A stretch of 36,167 bases of DNA from a virus. Taxonomy: Duplodnaviria > Caudoviricetes. Within the stretch, counting starts at the first letter, position 1, and each line of letters begins with the position of its first letter. Made by a program: the position numbers and the translations under genes. The notes under the pieces are model-generated. The model worked only from the letters and a program-made list of their open reading frames with translations, was not told the origin of the DNA and did no database searches. Where the stretch lies: positions 1 through 36,167 of the IMG/VR virus record IMGVR_UViG_3300016484_000260, one strand, 5' to 3'. Shown here one piece after another: positions 34,024 through 36,167 of this stretch.

Positions 34024-34545
34024 TTGTCTGTGGATAAACTTGAACGATATGAACAGCGCGTCGGATATGCGAAGCTAGACGACGTTGTTGAAACGCTAGG
34101 TGATCGCGGACTGATGTCGCTGATCGTCGATAAGCTATCGCACGGCATTTCCCCATCGGAAATCGCTGCTGACCTTCACATCCCGTTTATGATCCTGTGG
34201 GAATGGCTGGAAGCTGATCCTAAGCGGCAAAGCATGTACGATGAAGGCTGGCGGATGTACGCCACTACATTGCACGCAGAGACTGTTCGTATTGCCGACA
34301 TGGCGACCCCTGAAGATGTTGGCGTAGCCAAATTGCGAGTTGATACCCGATTCAAGGCTGCCAGTAACTACGACAGGAAGCGGTTTGGCAATCGGGTGGA
34401 GGTTGAGGTTAGCCAGACCATTAGCGTACTGGATGCACTAGCAGAAGCCAGGGGCAGGGTTATCAGCGGAGTAAGCCGTGTTGTACCTGATGCACAGCCG
34501 GTATTGGCTGCGGTACCGCCGGTATTAGCTGCGGAGGACGTGTGA
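34024..34545 (+). CDS. terS: terminase small subunit (Sf6/P22-like)
   Basis: N-terminal HTH, VAKLRVDTRFKAAS..DRKRFG motif; directly upstream of TerL. Start may be GTG 34030. Confidence 0.82.
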   Translation: MSVDKLERYEQRVGYAKLDDVVETLGDRGLMSLIVDKLSHGISPSEIAADLHIPFMILWEWLEADPKRQSMYDEGWRMYATTLHAETVRIADMATPEDVGVAKLRVDTRFKAASNYDRKRFGNRVEVEVSQTISVLDALAEARGRVISGVSRVVPDAQPVLAAVPPVLAAEDV

Positions 34546-36077
34546 TGGCGCAGGAGCCGATATATTCACCGAAAGAAGAACAGCGCCTGATGGTGGAGTT
34601 ATGGGCGCCGGATATTGCGGATGATCCTGAAGCTTTTGTAATGTTTGCGTTTCCGTGGGGGAAGAAGAACACGCCGCTGGAGAAGTTCGAGGGGCCGAGA
34701 AAGTGGCAGCGTGAGGTGTTGCGTGAGCTAGCGGAGCACATACGGAATAATCGTCACGCAGAGGTCATGGATGCGTTTCGGAGCGCTGTAAGTTCCGGTC
34801 GTGGTATTGGTAAGTCGGCTCTGGTGAGTTGGCTGATCCTGTGGATGCTGACGACGCGCATCGGCAGCAGCGTTATTGTGAGTGCGAACAGTGAGTCGCA
34901 GTTGCGGTCGGTTACCTGGGGCGAGTTGTCGAAATGGACGGCGATGGTGATTAACTCGCACTGGTGGGAGATTTCGGCAACGAAGCTGGTGCCGGCGAAA
35001 TGGATGACGGATATTGTCGAGCGCGACCTGAAGAAAGGCACCCGATACTGGGCGGCGGAGGGTAAGTTGTGGTCGGAAGAGAATCCGGATGCGTATGCTG
35101 GTATTCACAACCACGACGGCGAGATGGTAATTTTTGACGAAGCGTCAGGTATTGTCGATAGCATATGGTCGGTGGCTGCTGGTTATTTCACGGAGAAAAT
35201 CCCTGACAGGTATTGGATGGCGTTCAGTAACCCGCGTCGAAATCAGGGGTATTTTTTTGAATGTTTTAACAGTAAGCGGAATTTCTGGAGGAGTCGCTCG
35301 GTAGATGCTCGAACGGTAGAAGGGACTGATGGGAATTTGTATAGGCAGATTCTCGAAGAGTATGGCGAGGATTCATATCAGGCTCGCGTGGAAGTGTATG
35401 GTGAGTTTCCGTCCGCTGGTGATGATCAGTTTATTGGAGTGGGGGTTATAGATGAGGCAATTAAAAGACCTGCGTACAAAGACAAAACGGCGCCAGTCGT
35501 TATCGGCGTGGATCCGGCCAGGAATGGTTCCGACAGCACCGTTATTGCTGTGCGGCAAGGCCGCGATCTGGTGGCGATCCACCGTTATCGCGGTGAAGAC
35601 ACGATGGAAATCGTTGGTCGGGTAATTGACGCCATAAATGAATACAGGCCGGTATTGGTTGCGCTAGATGAAGGCGGGCTTGGATATGGTATTCTTGACC
35701 GATTACATGAACAGCGGTATAAAATAGTTCGTGGAGTTAATTTCGGTTGGAAGGCCAAGAATCCGATAATGTACGGAAATAAACGCGCCGAACTGTGGGG
35801 AACGATGAAAGACTGGTTGAAAACGGCCAGTATTCCCAATGACCGCACGTTAAAAACGGATTTGATGGGGCCGACGATAAAGCCGCACTCATCGGGGACG
35901 ATATTTCTGGAAGGCAAAAAAGAAATGAAGGCGCGGGGGCTGGCATCACCTGATGCTGCGGATGCCTTGGCCTGCACGTTTGCGTTCCCGGTGGCGCATC
36001 GGGAGTATGTTGAAAAGCCGCGTAACATACAGTCCTACGGAAGCGCGGGTATATTAACGAGTTGGATGGGCGCATAG
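34545..36077 (+). CDS. terL: terminase large subunit
   Basis: PRKWQ Q-motif, SGRGIGKS Walker A, IFDEASG Walker B, SNPRR; nuclease motifs GVDPARNGSD and SPDAADALA. Confidence 0.96.
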   Translation: MAQEPIYSPKEEQRLMVELWAPDIADDPEAFVMFAFPWGKKNTPLEKFEGPRKWQREVLRELAEHIRNNRHAEVMDAFRSAVSSGRGIGKSALVSWLILWMLTTRIGSSVIVSANSESQLRSVTWGELSKWTAMVINSHWWEISATKLVPAKWMTDIVERDLKKGTRYWAAEGKLWSEENPDAYAGIHNHDGEMVIFDEASGIVDSIWSVAAGYFTEKIPDRYWMAFSNPRRNQGYFFECFNSKRNFWRSRSVDARTVEGTDGNLYRQILEEYGEDSYQARVEVYGEFPSAGDDQFIGVGVIDEAIKRPAYKDKTAPVVIGVDPARNGSDSTVIAVRQGRDLVAIHRYRGEDTMEIVGRVIDAINEYRPVLVALDEGGLGYGILDRLHEQRYKIVRGVNFGWKAKNPIMYGNKRAELWGTMKDWLKTASIPNDRTLKTDLMGPTIKPHSSGTIFLEGKKEMKARGLASPDAADALACTFAFPVAHREYVEKPRNIQSYGSAGILTSWMGA

Positions 36078-36090
36078 CCGGAGGTGTGTG

Positions 36091-36167
36091 ATGCCGTTAG
36101 TGAAATCACCAAGTAAAACCGCGTTTCGCAAGAATATTGCTGCTGAAGTACGGGCCGGTAAGCCGCC
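36091..36167 (+). CDS. small basic protein between terminase and portal (3'-truncated)
   Basis: RBS GGAGG; MPLVKSPSKTAFRKNIAAEVRAGKP is open to the window end. Confidence 0.7.
   Translation, partial: MPLVKSPSKTAFRKNIAAEVRAGKP

Noticed and set aside
1-36167. Alternative genetic code or stop-codon recoding
   Set aside because: Core genes are intact in the standard code, and TAA, TAG and TGA all serve as stops.

Overview
Near-complete (~36 kb) genome of a P22-like short-tailed (podovirus-type) dsDNA phage, opened inside the portal gene. The right end (terminase genes plus the start of a small gene) would join the left end (portal lacking its N-terminus) across a short unsequenced gap. Layout: (1) + strand virion operon 1-20445: portal, Dps/ferritin-like protein, fibre and beta-helix tailspike genes, a free-standing HNH endonuclease, scaffold, P22-type coat, gp4/gp10-like tail proteins, a GNAT-like protein and three probable ejection proteins; (2) lysis cassette 20448-21610 (M15 peptidase, holins); (3) - strand early operon 27184->21615 with a lambda-Red-like module (annealing protein, SSB-like protein, YqaJ exonuclease) and many small, translationally coupled genes; (4) + strand VRR-NUC and primase-helicase 27386-31041; (5) second - strand accessory operon 33236->31121; (6) ~790 bp non-coding control region with inverted repeats, DnaA-box-like sites and a 6 x 25 bp tandem array; (7) terminase small and large subunits. 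I recognise no integrase, CI-like repressor, DNA polymerase, tRNA or CRISPR array. The most notable signals are non-coding: a duplicated promoter architecture with paired T-N11-A (LysR-type) boxes ahead of both leftward operons, recurrent DnaA-box-like motifs, the 25-bp array, and a ~97-nt structured hairpin ahead of a gene coupled to an unannotated Gly/Tyr-repeat peptide. All product calls rest on motif recognition and synteny; no database search was run.
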